NCBI RefSeq assembly: GCF_000011465.1
Contig: NC_005072.1
Span: 1,440,001-1,472,000, forward strand
Source: Prochlorococcus marinus subsp. pastoris str. CCMP1986
GTDB taxonomy: Bacteria; Cyanobacteriota; Cyanobacteriia; PCC-6307; Cyanobiaceae
DNA: 32,000 bases
Reading direction: 5' to 3'
A model generated the notes under the pieces. That model searched no databases, was not told where the DNA came from, and worked only from the letters and a program-made list of their open reading frames with translations. Shown one piece after another: positions 1 through 10,921 of the stretch. Position 1 is the first letter of the stretch; every line of letters begins with the position of its first letter. Both the position numbers and the translations under genes were made by a program.

Positions 1-259
1 CAGAAATTTTTTCCCTAAGCCATCCATATCCTTGCTCTGGGCCGTAACCTTTAAATCCGTTATTTGTTCCCATTTCATTTAATGCTTCGCCCATAGCTTT
101 AACACAAGCTTTAGGTAGCGGCTCCGTCACATCGCCTATTCCAAGCTTAATGACTTTCGAACTGCTATTGGCTTGAGTATAGTTGTTAACTCTTTTTGAA
201 ATTTCAGGAAATAAATATCCTGCTTTGAGTTTTAAATAATTTTCGTTAACTTTAACCAC
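1..259 (-). CDS. dapL: LL-diaminopimelate aminotransferase, N-terminal part; gene continues off the left edge
   Basis: Reverse-strand translation from a GTG at 259 reads [87 protein letters not shown]. The [11 protein letters not shown] and [12 protein letters not shown] stretches are typical of the DapL family. Not in the ORF track because it is truncated. Confidence 0.87.
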   Translation of the reverse strand, partial: MVKVNENYLKLKAGYLFPEISKRVNNYTQANSSSKVIKLGIGDVTEPLPKACVKAMGEALNEMGTNNGFKGYGPEQGYGWLREKIS

Positions 260-557
260 TTTAAAAAATTTCTAAACTTAACCTATATAAGAATAATGGA
301 CAATGTACTTAACCGGGAATTAGATGTTAATATAAAGGTGGTTATGATTTAATTAAAGAAACAATCATAGCTATTTAATCAATTTCAAATCGTTTGAAAG
401 TCGTCTAAAACTAAAACACTTAGCAAGTCAAACTGCTACTAATTATTTTAAAAATCTAATAACTTAAGCTTTCAAGAAATTGCTAGCGAAAAATTAAATA
501 TGTAATTATTTACTTTTTATCGATTTTCAAAAATTCAAAACATACTTTAAAATTTTT

Positions 558-2375
558 ATGTCTCAGCAAATTGTAATAGCTGAGCAGGCGCGTATTGCAG
601 CACTACTCACAGATGATCAAGTTGATGAATTAATCGTCGCACAAGGTCAATATCAAATCGGGGATATTTTTTTAGGAACTGTTGAAAATGTCCTACCAGG
701 TATTGATGCTGCCTTTATAGATATTGGAGAAAGTGAAAAAAATGGCTTTATTCATGTATCAGATCTAGGTCCATTAAGATTAAAAAAAGGTGTTGTAGGA
801 ATTACTGAACTTCTTGAACCAAAACAAAAAGTTCTCGTGCAAGTAATGAAAGAACCTACTGGAAATAAAGGACCTAGACTTACAGGTAATATCTCGTTAC
901 CTGGTAAATATTTGATACTGCAACCATATGGACAAGGAGTCAATATTTCTAGAAAGATAAATACTGAGACTGAAAGAAGTCGTTTAAGAGCTCTTGGAGT
1001 TTTAATTAAACCGCCTAGCACAGGATTATTATTTCGAACTGAAGCAGAACAAATCAAAGAAGAATTTCTTATTGAAGATTTAGAACATTTAATTCAACAA
1101 TGGGATCAAGTATTAAAAAATTCAGAGAATAATCATCCACCAAATTTAATAAGTAGAGATGAGAATTTTTCATTAAAAATTTTAAGAGATTACATCAAAT
1201 CATCAACTAGTAAAATTGTAATTGATAATAAAATCGCTCTCGAAAAAGCAAAAGACTTTTTAGTTAATAATGACTCTAATTTGGATCTTGTTTTTCACAA
1301 TAATGAAATAAATGAGCATATTTTAGAAAAATACCAAATTAATAAAACTATTCAAAAGGCGCTTCAGCCAAGAGTAGATTTACCTTCAGGAGGTTACATA
1401 ATTATTGAACCTACTGAAGCATTGACAGTAATTGACGTTAATTCTGGATCTTTCACAAGATCAGCTAATTCAAGACAAACTGTTTTATGGACGAATTGTG
1501 AAGCAGCTATAGAAATTTCTAGACAAATGAAATTAAGAAATATTGGGGGAGTTTTAGTTATAGATTTTATAGATATGGAATCTCGAAGAGATCAATTTCA
1601 GTTACTTGAACATTTTACTTTAGCCATTAAAGATGATTCAGCAAGGCCACAAATAGCTCAATTAACTGAGTTAGGTTTAGTTGAATTAACAAGAAAAAGA
1701 CAAGGTCAAAATATATATGAATTGTTTAGTACTAAATGCAATAACTGCAATGGATTAGGGCATAAAGAAAAATTACCAAATTATAAAAATATTTCTTTAA
1801 AAACTAATCAAAATGCAAAAAAATCCAGTAAAATTAATGATACCAAAATCTCAGATTCAACTCCCATTCAATTAATTGAAAATCAGGAAACGATCATTGG
1901 GGAAGAGTTAACTAAAACCAAAAACACCATTAAAGACGATGATCATTCCAATAAAAGGGGGAATGATAATGAATTACCTAATACAAACAATCGTAGTGAA
2001 AAGAAAGTAATCACGGTTGAGCTTAGTAATGATGAAAAAATTGTTTACAGCCAATTGGGTATTAATCCATTAATTAAATTAGGAAAGGAATATCTAAGTA
2101 GTAATCACTTAGTACGTTTGGAAGATGTTAAGAACAAGGAAAAAGATGATTCCGAGCAAAATGTAAAAACAAATAATAAAGTTACAAGTAAGAATACAAA
2201 TAAAATAACCTCAACTTTTGATTCAAAAGAAGAGGTTGAAGCAGATTACTCTAAAGAAGTGAATCCCGACAAAAAATTGCCAAAAGTAACAAATGAGAAC
2301 GAGGTAATAGAAACAACAGATGAAATGGATAATTCAAGAAGAAAAAGAAGAAGATCATCTGCAAATATTGAATAA
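558..2375 (+). CDS. rne: Ribonuclease E/G family protein (cyanobacterial RNase E)
   Basis: 605 aa; N-terminal S1-like region ([23 protein letters not shown]), catalytic-domain motifs ([22 protein letters not shown]), a CNxCNGLGH zinc-link-like motif, and an Arg-rich C-terminus [12 protein letters not shown]. Confidence 0.96.
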   Translation: MSQQIVIAEQARIAALLTDDQVDELIVAQGQYQIGDIFLGTVENVLPGIDAAFIDIGESEKNGFIHVSDLGPLRLKKGVVGITELLEPKQKVLVQVMKEPTGNKGPRLTGNISLPGKYLILQPYGQGVNISRKINTETERSRLRALGVLIKPPSTGLLFRTEAEQIKEEFLIEDLEHLIQQWDQVLKNSENNHPPNLISRDENFSLKILRDYIKSSTSKIVIDNKIALEKAKDFLVNNDSNLDLVFHNNEINEHILEKYQINKTIQKALQPRVDLPSGGYIIIEPTEALTVIDVNSGSFTRSANSRQTVLWTNCEAAIEISRQMKLRNIGGVLVIDFIDMESRRDQFQLLEHFTLAIKDDSARPQIAQLTELGLVELTRKRQGQNIYELFSTKCNNCNGLGHKEKLPNYKNISLKTNQNAKKSSKINDTKISDSTPIQLIENQETIIGEELTKTKNTIKDDDHSNKRGNDNELPNTNNRSEKKVITVELSNDEKIVYSQLGINPLIKLGKEYLSSNHLVRLEDVKNKEKDDSEQNVKTNNKVTSKNTNKITSTFDSKEEVEADYSKEVNPDKKLPKVTNENEVIETTDEMDNSRRKRRRSSANIE

Positions 2376-2949
2376 AGATTCTGAGATAGGTATTGACGAA
2401 GTCGGTCGTGGTTCGGTTTTCGGACCTGTATTTTCTGTTGCTGTAGTTCTTTCTAAGAAAAGTGGATTAACTCTCAAGAAATTAGGGGTTAATGATAGTA
2501 AAAAATTAACTCCAAAAAAAAGAAAAGATTTTTTTCCTAAAATTATTGCATTATCATCAGATTACGCTTTAGGGCAGTCTTCAGTAAGAGAAATAGATTT
2601 GTTGGGGATAAGACATGCAACTGAACTTTCCATGATTAGAGCAGTTAAAAAGTTAAAACATATGCCATCTGAATTATTAATTGACGGCCCATTAACATTA
2701 AGACTTTGGGAGGGTAATCAAAGAAATATTATTTCAGGTGATTCTAAATTTATTTCAATAGCTACTGCAAGCATAATTGCTAAAGTAATGCGTGACTCTT
2801 TGATGGAAAGATTAGAAAGCAAATATCCTGGATATTTCATATTTAAAAATAAAGGATATGGTACCAAACAACATTTTTCAAGTCTTAAAAAACATGGACT
2901 AACGAATCTCCATAGAAAAAGTTTCTTGAATAAGTTAAATCTGATTTAA
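2320..2949 (+). CDS. rnhB: Ribonuclease HII (start uncertain; possible TTG start at 2368)
   Basis: [20 protein letters not shown] motif, [25 protein letters not shown]. Annotated start lies inside the rne coding region. Confidence 0.95.
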   Translation: MKWIIQEEKEEDHLQILNKDSEIGIDEVGRGSVFGPVFSVAVVLSKKSGLTLKKLGVNDSKKLTPKKRKDFFPKIIALSSDYALGQSSVREIDLLGIRHATELSMIRAVKKLKHMPSELLIDGPLTLRLWEGNQRNIISGDSKFISIATASIIAKVMRDSLMERLESKYPGYFIFKNKGYGTKQHFSSLKKHGLTNLHRKSFLNKLNLI

Positions 2950-3453
2950 TTCACACCAATTTACAAAATCTTTTATTAATTGTTGTTGAACTCTAGATTT
3001 TATTCCTAATAAAATTCCATTCAATACTGAATGACCTGTAGATTCTAAAATTTTCTTTGGCAAAAGTTTCAAAAGAGGCGGTTGACTTACTGAAACTCCG
3101 AGTAAGGCTTCACCTTCTAAACCAAAATCAGTTGCCTCCAAATTTGCTTTCAAAATTAAATTAAAGTCTTCAACCATGCCTAAACCATCTAATGTACTAT
3201 CAAGTGCACTCATTTTTAAAACACCCTTATTATTCTCAACTGCAATTGATACAACAGGTTTAACATCTAATTGAAAAACCTTGAAACTTGTTACAGTATA
3301 CTTATACATTCCTTCCCCTCCAGGCTCTAATTTCTTTGGGTCTAGCATTGCTCCAACAACTCTTTCTTCCTCCAAAAGATATTTAGAAAGATATTCTTTA
3401 TTCCTCGTAACAGAAAGTTTAAGTTTCTGTTTTGCATCAAAAGCTAAAAGCAT
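2935..3453 (-). CDS. Conserved hypothetical protein, DUF1997-like
   Basis: 172 aa intact ORF, convergent with rnhB; the sequence pattern resembles cyanobacterial/plastid DUF1997 proteins. Confidence 0.7.
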   Translation of the reverse strand: MLLAFDAKQKLKLSVTRNKEYLSKYLLEEERVVGAMLDPKKLEPGGEGMYKYTVTSFKVFQLDVKPVVSIAVENNKGVLKMSALDSTLDGLGMVEDFNLILKANLEATDFGLEGEALLGVSVSQPPLLKLLPKKILESTGHSVLNGILLGIKSRVQQQLIKDFVNWCELNQI

Positions 3454-3505
3454 TTTCTATATACCTCCAATGCTTATTTGATCTCTTTTTTTATTACAAT
3501 TTACC

Positions 3506-4351
3506 ATGAGCAAACAAGTTGCATATTTAGGCCCTAAAGGGACATACGCTGAAAAAGCAGCTCATATTTTATCAAAGCTTGCTAATTTTAAGTCACCTTT
3601 ATTTGTACCATGTAACGGGCTGTATTCGGTTATTAAATCAATAGCCTACAACAATTGTGATGCAGCAATAGTGCCCATTGAGAATTCTGTTGAAGGAGGA
3701 GTGACAACGACTTTAGACGCGCTTTGGAAATTTTCTGATATTAATATAAATAAAGCAATTGTTTTGCCAATAAATCATGCATTAATTAGTGATGGCAAGA
3801 TTTCAGAGATATCTGAGGTTTTATCTCATCCGCAAGCTTTAGCTCAATGCTCAGAATGGCTATCTGAGAACCTTCCAGAAGCTATTACTTTAGCAACAAA
3901 ATCTACATCAGAAGCTGTGAATATGGTTAAAGGAAGCTCATTTAGAGCTGCTATTGGTTCGAAATCTCTTATTGAAATAGAAGGACTTCAAGAATTAGCA
4001 TTTCCTATTAATGATGTCCCAGGTAATTGTACAAGATTTGTATTGTTGAGTAAAGAATATATTGTAGATAAAGCCAATATTGCAAGCTTTGCCTTCTCAT
4101 TACTCTCAAATAATCCTGGTGCTTTACTAGAAGCTTTAAATTATATTGCAGAATTTGGATTCAATATGAGTAAAATAGAATCTAGACCTTCAAAGAGAGA
4201 ATTAGGAGAATACATAATCTATGTTGATGTTGAAATAAATACAAAAACTAATATTGAAGCATTTAATAAATTAAAGAAAAAAATACAACCCTTATGTAAA
4301 CATTTGATCGACTTTGGATGTTATTTATCAGAAAAGATTAATTTAGACTAA
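3506..4351 (+). CDS. pheA: Prephenate dehydratase
   Basis: VAYLGPKGTYAEKAA, AIVPIENSVEGGV, NNPGALLEAL (ACT domain) and ESRPSKRELGEYIIYVDVE. Confidence 0.95.
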   Translation: MSKQVAYLGPKGTYAEKAAHILSKLANFKSPLFVPCNGLYSVIKSIAYNNCDAAIVPIENSVEGGVTTTLDALWKFSDININKAIVLPINHALISDGKISEISEVLSHPQALAQCSEWLSENLPEAITLATKSTSEAVNMVKGSSFRAAIGSKSLIEIEGLQELAFPINDVPGNCTRFVLLSKEYIVDKANIASFAFSLLSNNPGALLEALNYIAEFGFNMSKIESRPSKRELGEYIIYVDVEINTKTNIEAFNKLKKKIQPLCKHLIDFGCYLSEKINLD

Positions 4352-5287
4352 TTAACCTCTACATTTATAAACTCCAAATTCCATTAAACCTTTTTTAAAG
4401 GCCCAATCCATTAAAAGTATTGTAGGTATCTCTCTGATAGACTTTATAATTGCTCCTGGACCAAGGGATAAAATTGAATTAGGTCTTCTCATTCCTTCAA
4501 ATATTGAATCAAACCAAGAGGGATTTGTAAAAGAATTCCAATTAGAGGATATAACTTGACCTGAACTATTTTTGTTATTTATAAGAATACTACTGAATTC
4601 ATTGATACTAATAAATTTAGGATGTACCCACTGTTCAAGTAATTGTTTTAAGATTATTTTTTCAATCATGGATGGGGGTTGCTTTTGTAAATCTCTTGAA
4701 TTCCAATCAGCCAATGCTAAATATCCTCCAGGTCTTAAAGTTCTTAACATTTGATCTGCAAATTTAGTTTTATTATTCATATGGGCTCCTGCCTCAACAC
4801 TCCAAACACCATCAAATATTCCCTCTTCAAATTTCAAATCCAAAGCATCCATAACTTTGAAGTTGCATTTACATTCATAAGGAGTAAGTTCTTTTGCTCT
4901 TTTTACTTGAGCTGGACTAATAGTTATTCCAGTGACATTAAATCCATAATAATTGGCGAGAATTCTAGAACTTCCACCTATTCCGCAACCGACATCTAAA
5001 ATCCTAGAACCTCTTGGTAATTTATCTAAACCACTCCAACTTACTAACTCATGTACAAATTGAACTTTAGCCTCTCTAAAATCAATATTTTTATTTAGAG
5101 GATAGAAACCTAGATGTATATGTTCTCCCCATAATCTTTCTAGTAATTTATCTTGAGTCCAGGAATCATATGCTGTAGCTACAGTTCTCGAAGAAATATA
5201 TTTTCTAGTATTAATTCTCCAAAGTATTAGAGAAGAAAATAATAAAGTTAAAAATATAACAAGTGAAGATATTAAAAAAATGGACAT
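4352..5287 (-). CDS. SAM-dependent methyltransferase, similar to cyanobacterial Sll0418-type MPBQ/MSBQ (tocopherol/plastoquinone) methyltransferase
   Basis: N-terminal membrane anchor, AYDSWTQDKLLERLWGEHIHLGFY, ILDVGCGIGGSSRILA, GFNVTGITISPAQVKRAKELTP and VWSVEAGAHM match the family as I recall it. Confidence 0.85.
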   Translation of the reverse strand: MSIFLISSLVIFLTLLFSSLILWRINTRKYISSRTVATAYDSWTQDKLLERLWGEHIHLGFYPLNKNIDFREAKVQFVHELVSWSGLDKLPRGSRILDVGCGIGGSSRILANYYGFNVTGITISPAQVKRAKELTPYECKCNFKVMDALDLKFEEGIFDGVWSVEAGAHMNNKTKFADQMLRTLRPGGYLALADWNSRDLQKQPPSMIEKIILKQLLEQWVHPKFISINEFSSILINNKNSSGQVISSNWNSFTNPSWFDSIFEGMRRPNSILSLGPGAIIKSIREIPTILLMDWAFKKGLMEFGVYKCRG

Positions 5288-5944
5288 TTAGTTTTCTTTG
5301 ATATCAGGAAAACTCTCTTTTAGAGCTGTTCTAGCTGCTAATTGTTTTCTAGTATGATCTAACATTTCAAACTCTCTTTGTAAACGAGTATGTGTGTTCC
5401 TCTCCTCTAAAAGTTTTTGCTGCTCTTCAGCTACTGGCCCTCCCAGATGAGCACCGATCCAAAAAGAAAGTTCCATAGGATTCTCAGGTAACTTTTCAGG
5501 AAGAACTTTCTGAGAATTAGTTAATTTACCAGTTAATTTAACTACATCATTTAAGGCTTCAGTGACTGAATCTCTTAAAAGATCTAAACTTTGAAAACTA
5601 TCAATATTTTCGTCAGTAATCCAACTTACCATTGCTGAACAATAAGGTGTAGAACGTACAATTTCAAGAACTTGAAATCTTTGCTGTCCCAAAGTGATTA
5701 TATTACTTCTACCATCTTCGGCCGTTTGATGTTTAATTATCTGAGCACAACAGCCAACGTTAGCCATACTCTTTTTATTGGGATCCCATTTAATAACTCC
5801 AAACATTGAATCTGATTCAAGTACAGATTTAAGCATAATTCTGTATCTCGACTCAAAGATGTGTAGTGGCAAGACTTCTTGTGGGAAAAGAACAACTTCT
5901 GGGAGAGGGAACAATGGTAATTCCCTTACTGAAAGCTCTCCCAT
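5288..5944 (-). CDS. LON peptidase N-terminal (substrate-binding) domain protein
   Basis: RELPLFPLPEVVLFPQEVLPLHIFESRYRIML is a typical LON-domain N-terminus; no ATPase or protease domain present. Confidence 0.88.
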   Translation of the reverse strand: MGELSVRELPLFPLPEVVLFPQEVLPLHIFESRYRIMLKSVLESDSMFGVIKWDPNKKSMANVGCCAQIIKHQTAEDGRSNIITLGQQRFQVLEIVRSTPYCSAMVSWITDENIDSFQSLDLLRDSVTEALNDVVKLTGKLTNSQKVLPEKLPENPMELSFWIGAHLGGPVAEEQQKLLEERNTHTRLQREFEMLDHTRKQLAARTALKESFPDIKEN

Positions 5945-5999
5945 TTAAACCTCAAATGTTTATTATATTTTAGTGAATTAAAGTTCTATTCGGGATTTC

Positions 6000-6320
6000 T
6001 TATAATTTAACTTCTATGTCTACACCACTAGGAAGATCCAATTTCATTAAGGCATCTATAGTTTTAGCAGAAGGACTATAAATATCAATTATTCTTCTAT
6101 GAGTTCTGGTCTCGAAATGCTCTCTAGAATCTTTATCAACATGAGGCGATCTTAAAACGCAATAAATTTTTCTTTTAGTTGGTAATGGAATAGGTCCGAT
6201 AGCTGAAGCAGCGGTTGTATCTGCCGTTTGAATTATTTTGTCACAAGATAAATCAAGCATTCTTCTATCGAAGGCTTTTAATCTGATACGTATTTTTTGT
6301 TGAGTAAGTGAAGCTGTCAT
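6000..6320 (-). CDS. rpsJ: 30S ribosomal protein S10
   Basis: [60 protein letters not shown]. Confidence 0.98.
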   Translation of the reverse strand: MTASLTQQKIRIRLKAFDRRMLDLSCDKIIQTADTTAASAIGPIPLPTKRKIYCVLRSPHVDKDSREHFETRTHRRIIDIYSPSAKTIDALMKLDLPSGVDIEVKL

Positions 6321-6346
6321 AAGTTTAAATTAATATCTTTATAGAG

Positions 6347-6369
6347 GGGTTATTGATAAGCAATAACCC
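6347..6369 (-). promoter_or_regulatory. Inverted repeat/hairpin between tuf and rpsJ
   Basis: GGGTTATTG (6347-6355) and CAATAACCC (6361-6369), perfect 9 bp with a 5-nt loop, 27 nt upstream of the rpsJ ATG; no clear T-tract on the minus strand. Confidence 0.6.
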
Positions 6370-6429
6370 ATATCTCTGTATTTAACTATTTTAGATTATC
6401 AAAGGTTAACTTTATAAAATCAAAGAAAA

Positions 6430-7629
6430 TTATTCAATAATTTTAGAAACAACACCAGCTCCAATAGTACGACCTCCTTCGCGAATAGCAAAGCGCATAC
6501 CTTGTTCAATTGCAACTGGACAAATTAATTCTCCAGTCATTTTTATCCTGTCACCTGGCATTACCATCTCAACATTGGCTCCATCATCAGCTGTGAATGC
6601 AGTGATTTGTCCAGTTACATCTGTTGTTCTTATATAAAATTGTGGTCTGTAACCAGCAAAGAAAGGTGTATGTCTACCACCCTCTTCTTTCTTAAGGACA
6701 TAAACTTCTCCTTCAAATTTTGTATGAGGAGTAATCGAACCTTTTTTAACAAGAACCATACCTCTTTCAATATCTTCTTTCTGAACACCACGTAAAAGTA
6801 GTCCAACATTATCTCCAGCCATACCTTCATCAAGAAGTTTACGGAACATTTCAACACCCGTGACAGTGGTCAATCTTGTATCTCTTATTCCAACTATTTC
6901 AACTTCTTCCCCTACTTTGACTTTTCCTCTCTCTATTCTTCCAGTGGCAACTGTTCCTCTACCTGTGATAGAAAATACATCTTCAACTGCCATCAAAAAT
7001 GGCTTGTCGATTTCTCTCTCAGGTTCAGGAATACTAGCATCAACGGCAGTCATTAATTCTTCAATTTTAGATTCCCAAGTAGAATCTCCTTCTAAAGCTT
7101 TTAGACCTGAAACTTGAACGATGGGTATATCATCACCAGGGAAATCATAACTATCAAGAAGTTCTCTGATTTCCATTTCAACAAGTTCAATGATTTCTTC
7201 ATCATCTACCATGTCACATTTATTCAAAGCAACAACCAAAGCAGGAACTCCAACTTGTTTTGCTAAAAGAATGTGTTCTTTTGTTTGAGCCATAGGACCA
7301 TCTGTTGCTGCACAAACTAAAATTGCACCATCCATTTGAGCTGCACCAGTGATCATGTTTTTCACATAATCAGCGTGACCTGGACAGTCAACGTGTGCAT
7401 AATGTCTTTCGGCTGTTTCGTATTCAACGTGTGCAGTATTAATTGTAATACCACGCTCTCTTTCTTCTGGAGCACCATCGATGTCTCCATAGTCTTGAGC
7501 TTGTGCTTGACCTTTTTTAGCTAAAACATTAGTAATAGCAGCAGTCAGGGTTGTTTTTCCATGATCAACGTGGCCAATAGTACCTATGTTGACATGTGGT
7601 TTGTTCCTTTCGAACTTCTCGCGAGCCAT
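6430..7629 (-). CDS. tuf: Translation elongation factor Tu
   Basis: [53 protein letters not shown]. Confidence 0.99.
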   Translation of the reverse strand: MAREKFERNKPHVNIGTIGHVDHGKTTLTAAITNVLAKKGQAQAQDYGDIDGAPEERERGITINTAHVEYETAERHYAHVDCPGHADYVKNMITGAAQMDGAILVCAATDGPMAQTKEHILLAKQVGVPALVVALNKCDMVDDEEIIELVEMEIRELLDSYDFPGDDIPIVQVSGLKALEGDSTWESKIEELMTAVDASIPEPEREIDKPFLMAVEDVFSITGRGTVATGRIERGKVKVGEEVEIVGIRDTRLTTVTGVEMFRKLLDEGMAGDNVGLLLRGVQKEDIERGMVLVKKGSITPHTKFEGEVYVLKKEEGGRHTPFFAGYRPQFYIRTTDVTGQITAFTADDGANVEMVMPGDRIKMTGELICPVAIEQGMRFAIREGGRTIGAGVVSKIIE

Positions 7630-7672
7630 TTGAATTAAAGAATCGAGGGTTAAAGAGTGTTTAGTTTAGAGA

Positions 7673-9748
7673 TCAGGAGTTGCCCTGATTCTTGGAAATG
7701 ATAGCTTCAGCAACGTTACGAGGAACTTCCTCATAATTTGCGAACTCCATTGAAAATATGCCCCGACCTTGAGTCATTGATCGGAGTTGAGTGGCATAAC
7801 CGAACATTTCGGCTAAAGGCACTTTGGCCTGTACTTTAGACAATCCATCATCGACAGATTGTCCTTCGACTTGACCTCTCCTTGAAGAGAGATCACCAAT
7901 TACAGATCCAAGAAAATCATCAGGACTTTCGACCTCGACTTTCATCATAGGCTCTAAGAGGACAGGATTGCATTTTTTAACCCCATCTTTAAAAGCCATT
8001 GAACCTGCAATTTTGAAGGCCATTTCAGATGAGTCTACATCGTGGAACGAACCATCGACTAGTGTTACTTTTACATCAATCAGCGGATAACCGGCAAGAA
8101 CCCCTGATTCGCAGGTTTCTTTCATTCCATTTGAGGCTGGTCCAATATATTCTTTTGGCACAGTTCCACCCACGATTTTGTTAACAAATTCAAACCCTTT
8201 GCCGACTTCGGCAGGTTCCATTTCAATAACTACGTGTCCATATTGTCCTTTACCTCCTGTTTGTCTTGCATATTTTCCTTCACCCTTGGAACTTGATCTA
8301 ATTGTTTCTCTATAAGAAACCTGAGGGGCGCCTATATTTGCCTCAACTTTAAACTCTCTCAACATTCTGTCTACAAGAATTTCAAGATGTAGTTCCCCCA
8401 TGCCGGCTATTACAGTCTGATTAGTCTCTTGATCTGTACTTACCCTAAAGGTTGGATCTTCTTCAGACAAGGCTTGTAAGGCCTTAGAAAGTTTCTCCAT
8501 ATCTCCTTTAGTTTTTGGTTCTACAGCAACTGATATAACAGGTTCGGGGATAAATAAAGTTTCTAGAACTATTGGGTCGTCAGTATTACACAAGGTATCA
8601 CCTGTTGTTGTATTCTTCAATCCCAATACAGCACCTAAATCTCCTGCTCTTAATTCATCAACTTCTTCTCTTTCATCTGCTTTTAAGATGACTAACCTTG
8701 AAATTCTCTCTTTAGCATCCTTAGTTGAATTCATAACATAACTTCCTTTAGAAAGCACTCCAGAATACATTCTTACAAAAGTTAGTTTTCCATAAGGATC
8801 AGACATGACTTTGAAAGCAAGTGCACTGAAAGGAGCATTGTCATCCGAAGGTCTAACATCTTCTTTACCATTTGGTAAAACACCTTGAATTGGTTTTACA
8901 TCAATTGGAGCTGGTAAATAATCAACTACTGCATCAAGAACTAATTGAACCCCTTTATTTTTAAAGGCTGATCCACATAAAACAGGAACCAAACCATGTT
9001 TGAGAACTCCTTCTCTAATCCCTTTTTTTAATTGATCTTCAGTTAATTCTCCCTTATCCAAAAATATTTCAATTAATTCTTCATCATTTTCTGCGACACT
9101 TTCCATTAATTTGCTTCTCCATTCCAATGCCTCGTCTTTCATCTCATCTGGTATAGGAGCTTCTTCAATATCAGTTCCTAAATCATTTTTGTATAAATAA
9201 GCCTTGTTACTTACTAAATCAATAATTCCTGAAAGATCACCTTCAGCTCCTATTGGAAGTTGAATAGGAAAAGCATTTGCTTTAAGACGATCTTTAATTT
9301 GTTGATTAACCTTTAGGAAGTCTGCGCCTGTTCTATCCATCTTATTAACGAAAACCATTCTTGGAACAGAGTATCTATCAGCTTGTCTCCAAACAGTCTC
9401 TGATTGTGGCTGAACTCCTCCTACCGCACAAAACACAGCTATAACACCATCTAAAACTCTCATTGATCTTTCAACTTCAATTGTGAAGTCAACGTGTCCT
9501 GGAGTATCAATAATATTAATTCTATGATCTTGCCAACTAGTAGAAATAGCAGCAGCTGTGATAGTAATTCCTCTTTCTCTTTCTTGAGCCATCCAATCTG
9601 TTACCGCAGCACCATCATGTACTTCTCCGATTTTATGAACAACCCCTGAATAAAAAAGTATTCTTTCAGTAGTAGTTGTTTTACCAGCGTCAATATGAGC
9701 GGCTATACCTATATTCCTTACTCGTTCAAGGGGAAAGTCGCGTGCCAA
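7673..9748 (-). CDS. fusA: Translation elongation factor G, TTG start
   Basis: [52 protein letters not shown]; 691 aa. Start codon on the minus strand is TTG preceded by GGAG. Confidence 0.98.
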   Translation of the reverse strand: MARDFPLERVRNIGIAAHIDAGKTTTTERILFYSGVVHKIGEVHDGAAVTDWMAQERERGITITAAAISTSWQDHRINIIDTPGHVDFTIEVERSMRVLDGVIAVFCAVGGVQPQSETVWRQADRYSVPRMVFVNKMDRTGADFLKVNQQIKDRLKANAFPIQLPIGAEGDLSGIIDLVSNKAYLYKNDLGTDIEEAPIPDEMKDEALEWRSKLMESVAENDEELIEIFLDKGELTEDQLKKGIREGVLKHGLVPVLCGSAFKNKGVQLVLDAVVDYLPAPIDVKPIQGVLPNGKEDVRPSDDNAPFSALAFKVMSDPYGKLTFVRMYSGVLSKGSYVMNSTKDAKERISRLVILKADEREEVDELRAGDLGAVLGLKNTTTGDTLCNTDDPIVLETLFIPEPVISVAVEPKTKGDMEKLSKALQALSEEDPTFRVSTDQETNQTVIAGMGELHLEILVDRMLREFKVEANIGAPQVSYRETIRSSSKGEGKYARQTGGKGQYGHVVIEMEPAEVGKGFEFVNKIVGGTVPKEYIGPASNGMKETCESGVLAGYPLIDVKVTLVDGSFHDVDSSEMAFKIAGSMAFKDGVKKCNPVLLEPMMKVEVESPDDFLGSVIGDLSSRRGQVEGQSVDDGLSKVQAKVPLAEMFGYATQLRSMTQGRGIFSMEFANYEEVPRNVAEAIISKNQGNS

Positions 9749-9772
9749 TGTTAAAACTCCAAATAGAATGAA

Positions 9773-9826
9773 TTGCTAAATAGCAACAGTTTATTTAATC
9801 AAATAAACTTTTGTTTAATAATAAAC
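9773..9826 (-). repeat. Cluster of three short inverted repeats between rpsG and fusA
   Basis: TTGCT-N4-AGCAA (9773-9786), AGTTTATTT-AATC-AAATAAACT (9788-9809, perfect 9 bp) and GTTTA-N4-TAAAC (9813-9826). Confidence 0.5.
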
Positions 9827-9852
9827 TAAATAAGGACCATTTTGGGTCGAAA

Positions 9853-10323
9853 TTAGTATCTGTAGTGAGCAAAAGCTTTATTAGCTTCTGCCATTTTATG
9901 AGTATCCTCTCTCTTCTTAACTGCGCTGCCAGTTTCATTAGCTGCATCCATTAATTCACCTGCTAACTTTTGCGACATACTCTTTCCATTTCTTCCTCTT
10001 GAAAAGGTAACTAGCCATCTTAATGCCATAGCAGTTCCTCTCTCTTGACGAACTTCCATAGGAACTTGATAGGTTGCACCTCCAACTCTTCTAGCTCTCA
10101 CCTCTACCAATGGGGTTGCATTCTTTACGGCTGTTTCAAATAACTCCACAGCATTTCCACCTGTTCTTTCACTGATTAGAGAGAAAGCATCTGATAGTAT
10201 TTTTTGTGCAGTAGATTTTTTACCATGTTTCATCAATCTAGAAATCATCATTGAGGCAAGACGACTATTAAATTGGGGGTCTGGTAAAACCGGTCTTTTT
10301 ACTGCTGCATTACGACGTGACAT
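9853..10323 (-). CDS. rpsG: 30S ribosomal protein S7
   Basis: [64 protein letters not shown]. Confidence 0.98.
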
Positions 10324-10349
10324 TTTAGAAAAGAATTGAAGTTAAAAAA

Positions 10350-10727
10350 TTAATCATTTTTAGGGGCTTTTGCACCATATTTAGACCTGGATTGACGTCT
10401 ATCTTTGACTCCTGCAGTATCTAAAGTTCCTCTTATTATATGGTATCTTACCCCCGGCAGATCTTTAACTCTTCCTCCCCTAAGTAGGACTACAGAGTGT
10501 TCCTGTAAATTATGTCCGATACCTGGAATATATGCGGTAACTTCAAAACCAGAAGTTAGTCTAACTCTGGCAACTTTTCTTAAGGCAGAATTAGGTTTCT
10601 TAGGAGTAGATGTATAAACTCTTGTACATACTCCTCTTCTCTCTGGACAAGATTTAAGTGCAGGAGATTTTGTTTTTCTTGTCAGACGTTTTCTTTCTGA
10701 TCCAATTAATTGGGAAATGGTCGGCAT
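10350..10727 (-). CDS. rpsL: 30S ribosomal protein S12
   Basis: [58 protein letters not shown]. Confidence 0.99.
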   Translation of the reverse strand: MPTISQLIGSERKRLTRKTKSPALKSCPERRGVCTRVYTSTPKKPNSALRKVARVRLTSGFEVTAYIPGIGHNLQEHSVVLLRGGRVKDLPGVRYHIIRGTLDTAGVKDRRQSRSKYGAKAPKND

Positions 10728-10878
10728 CTATATTAATAGATAAAAATACATATCAAAACATCATAACCTTTTACGAGTCATATCTAAAGCATTTTTGATT
10801 TTTTTTGATTTATGAATAAAATTTTAATTTGTTTAGTAATTCTTCATTATTTTTGCTTTGTATTTTGAAATTCATTTT

Positions 10879-10884
10879 TATAAT
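10879..10884 (+). promoter_or_regulatory. Candidate -10 element (TATAAT) upstream of glutamate synthase
   Basis: Perfect TATAAT hexamer 37 nt upstream of the ATG at 10922. Background is very AT-rich and no convincing -35 was identified. Confidence 0.25.
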
Positions 10885-10921
10885 AGAAATAAATAAATTT
10901 TCTTATATAGTTAAATAATCT

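Noticed and set aside
752-1057. Antisense ORF of 101 aa within rne
   Set aside because: Fully inside a conserved gene on the opposite strand, with composition typical of a shadow ORF and no family motif.
3281-3481. 66-aa plus-strand ORF opposite the DUF1997-like gene
   Set aside because: Shadow ORF; no ribosome-binding or domain support.
4572-4999. Two plus-strand ORFs (60 and 82 aa) opposite the methyltransferase
   Set aside because: They mirror the codons of a well-conserved protein; no independent evidence.
6607-7524. Cluster of ORFs in and opposite tuf (6607-6795, 6630-6857, 6860-7117, 7336-7524)
   Set aside because: tuf has strong codon bias that produces spurious open frames; EF-Tu explains the region completely.
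10405-10617. 70-aa plus-strand ORF opposite rpsL
   Set aside because: Shadow of the highly conserved S12 gene.
10728-10921. Possible NtcA-binding site before glutamate synthase
   Set aside because: I looked for GTA-N8-TAC because the gene is nitrogen-related and did not find a convincing match.
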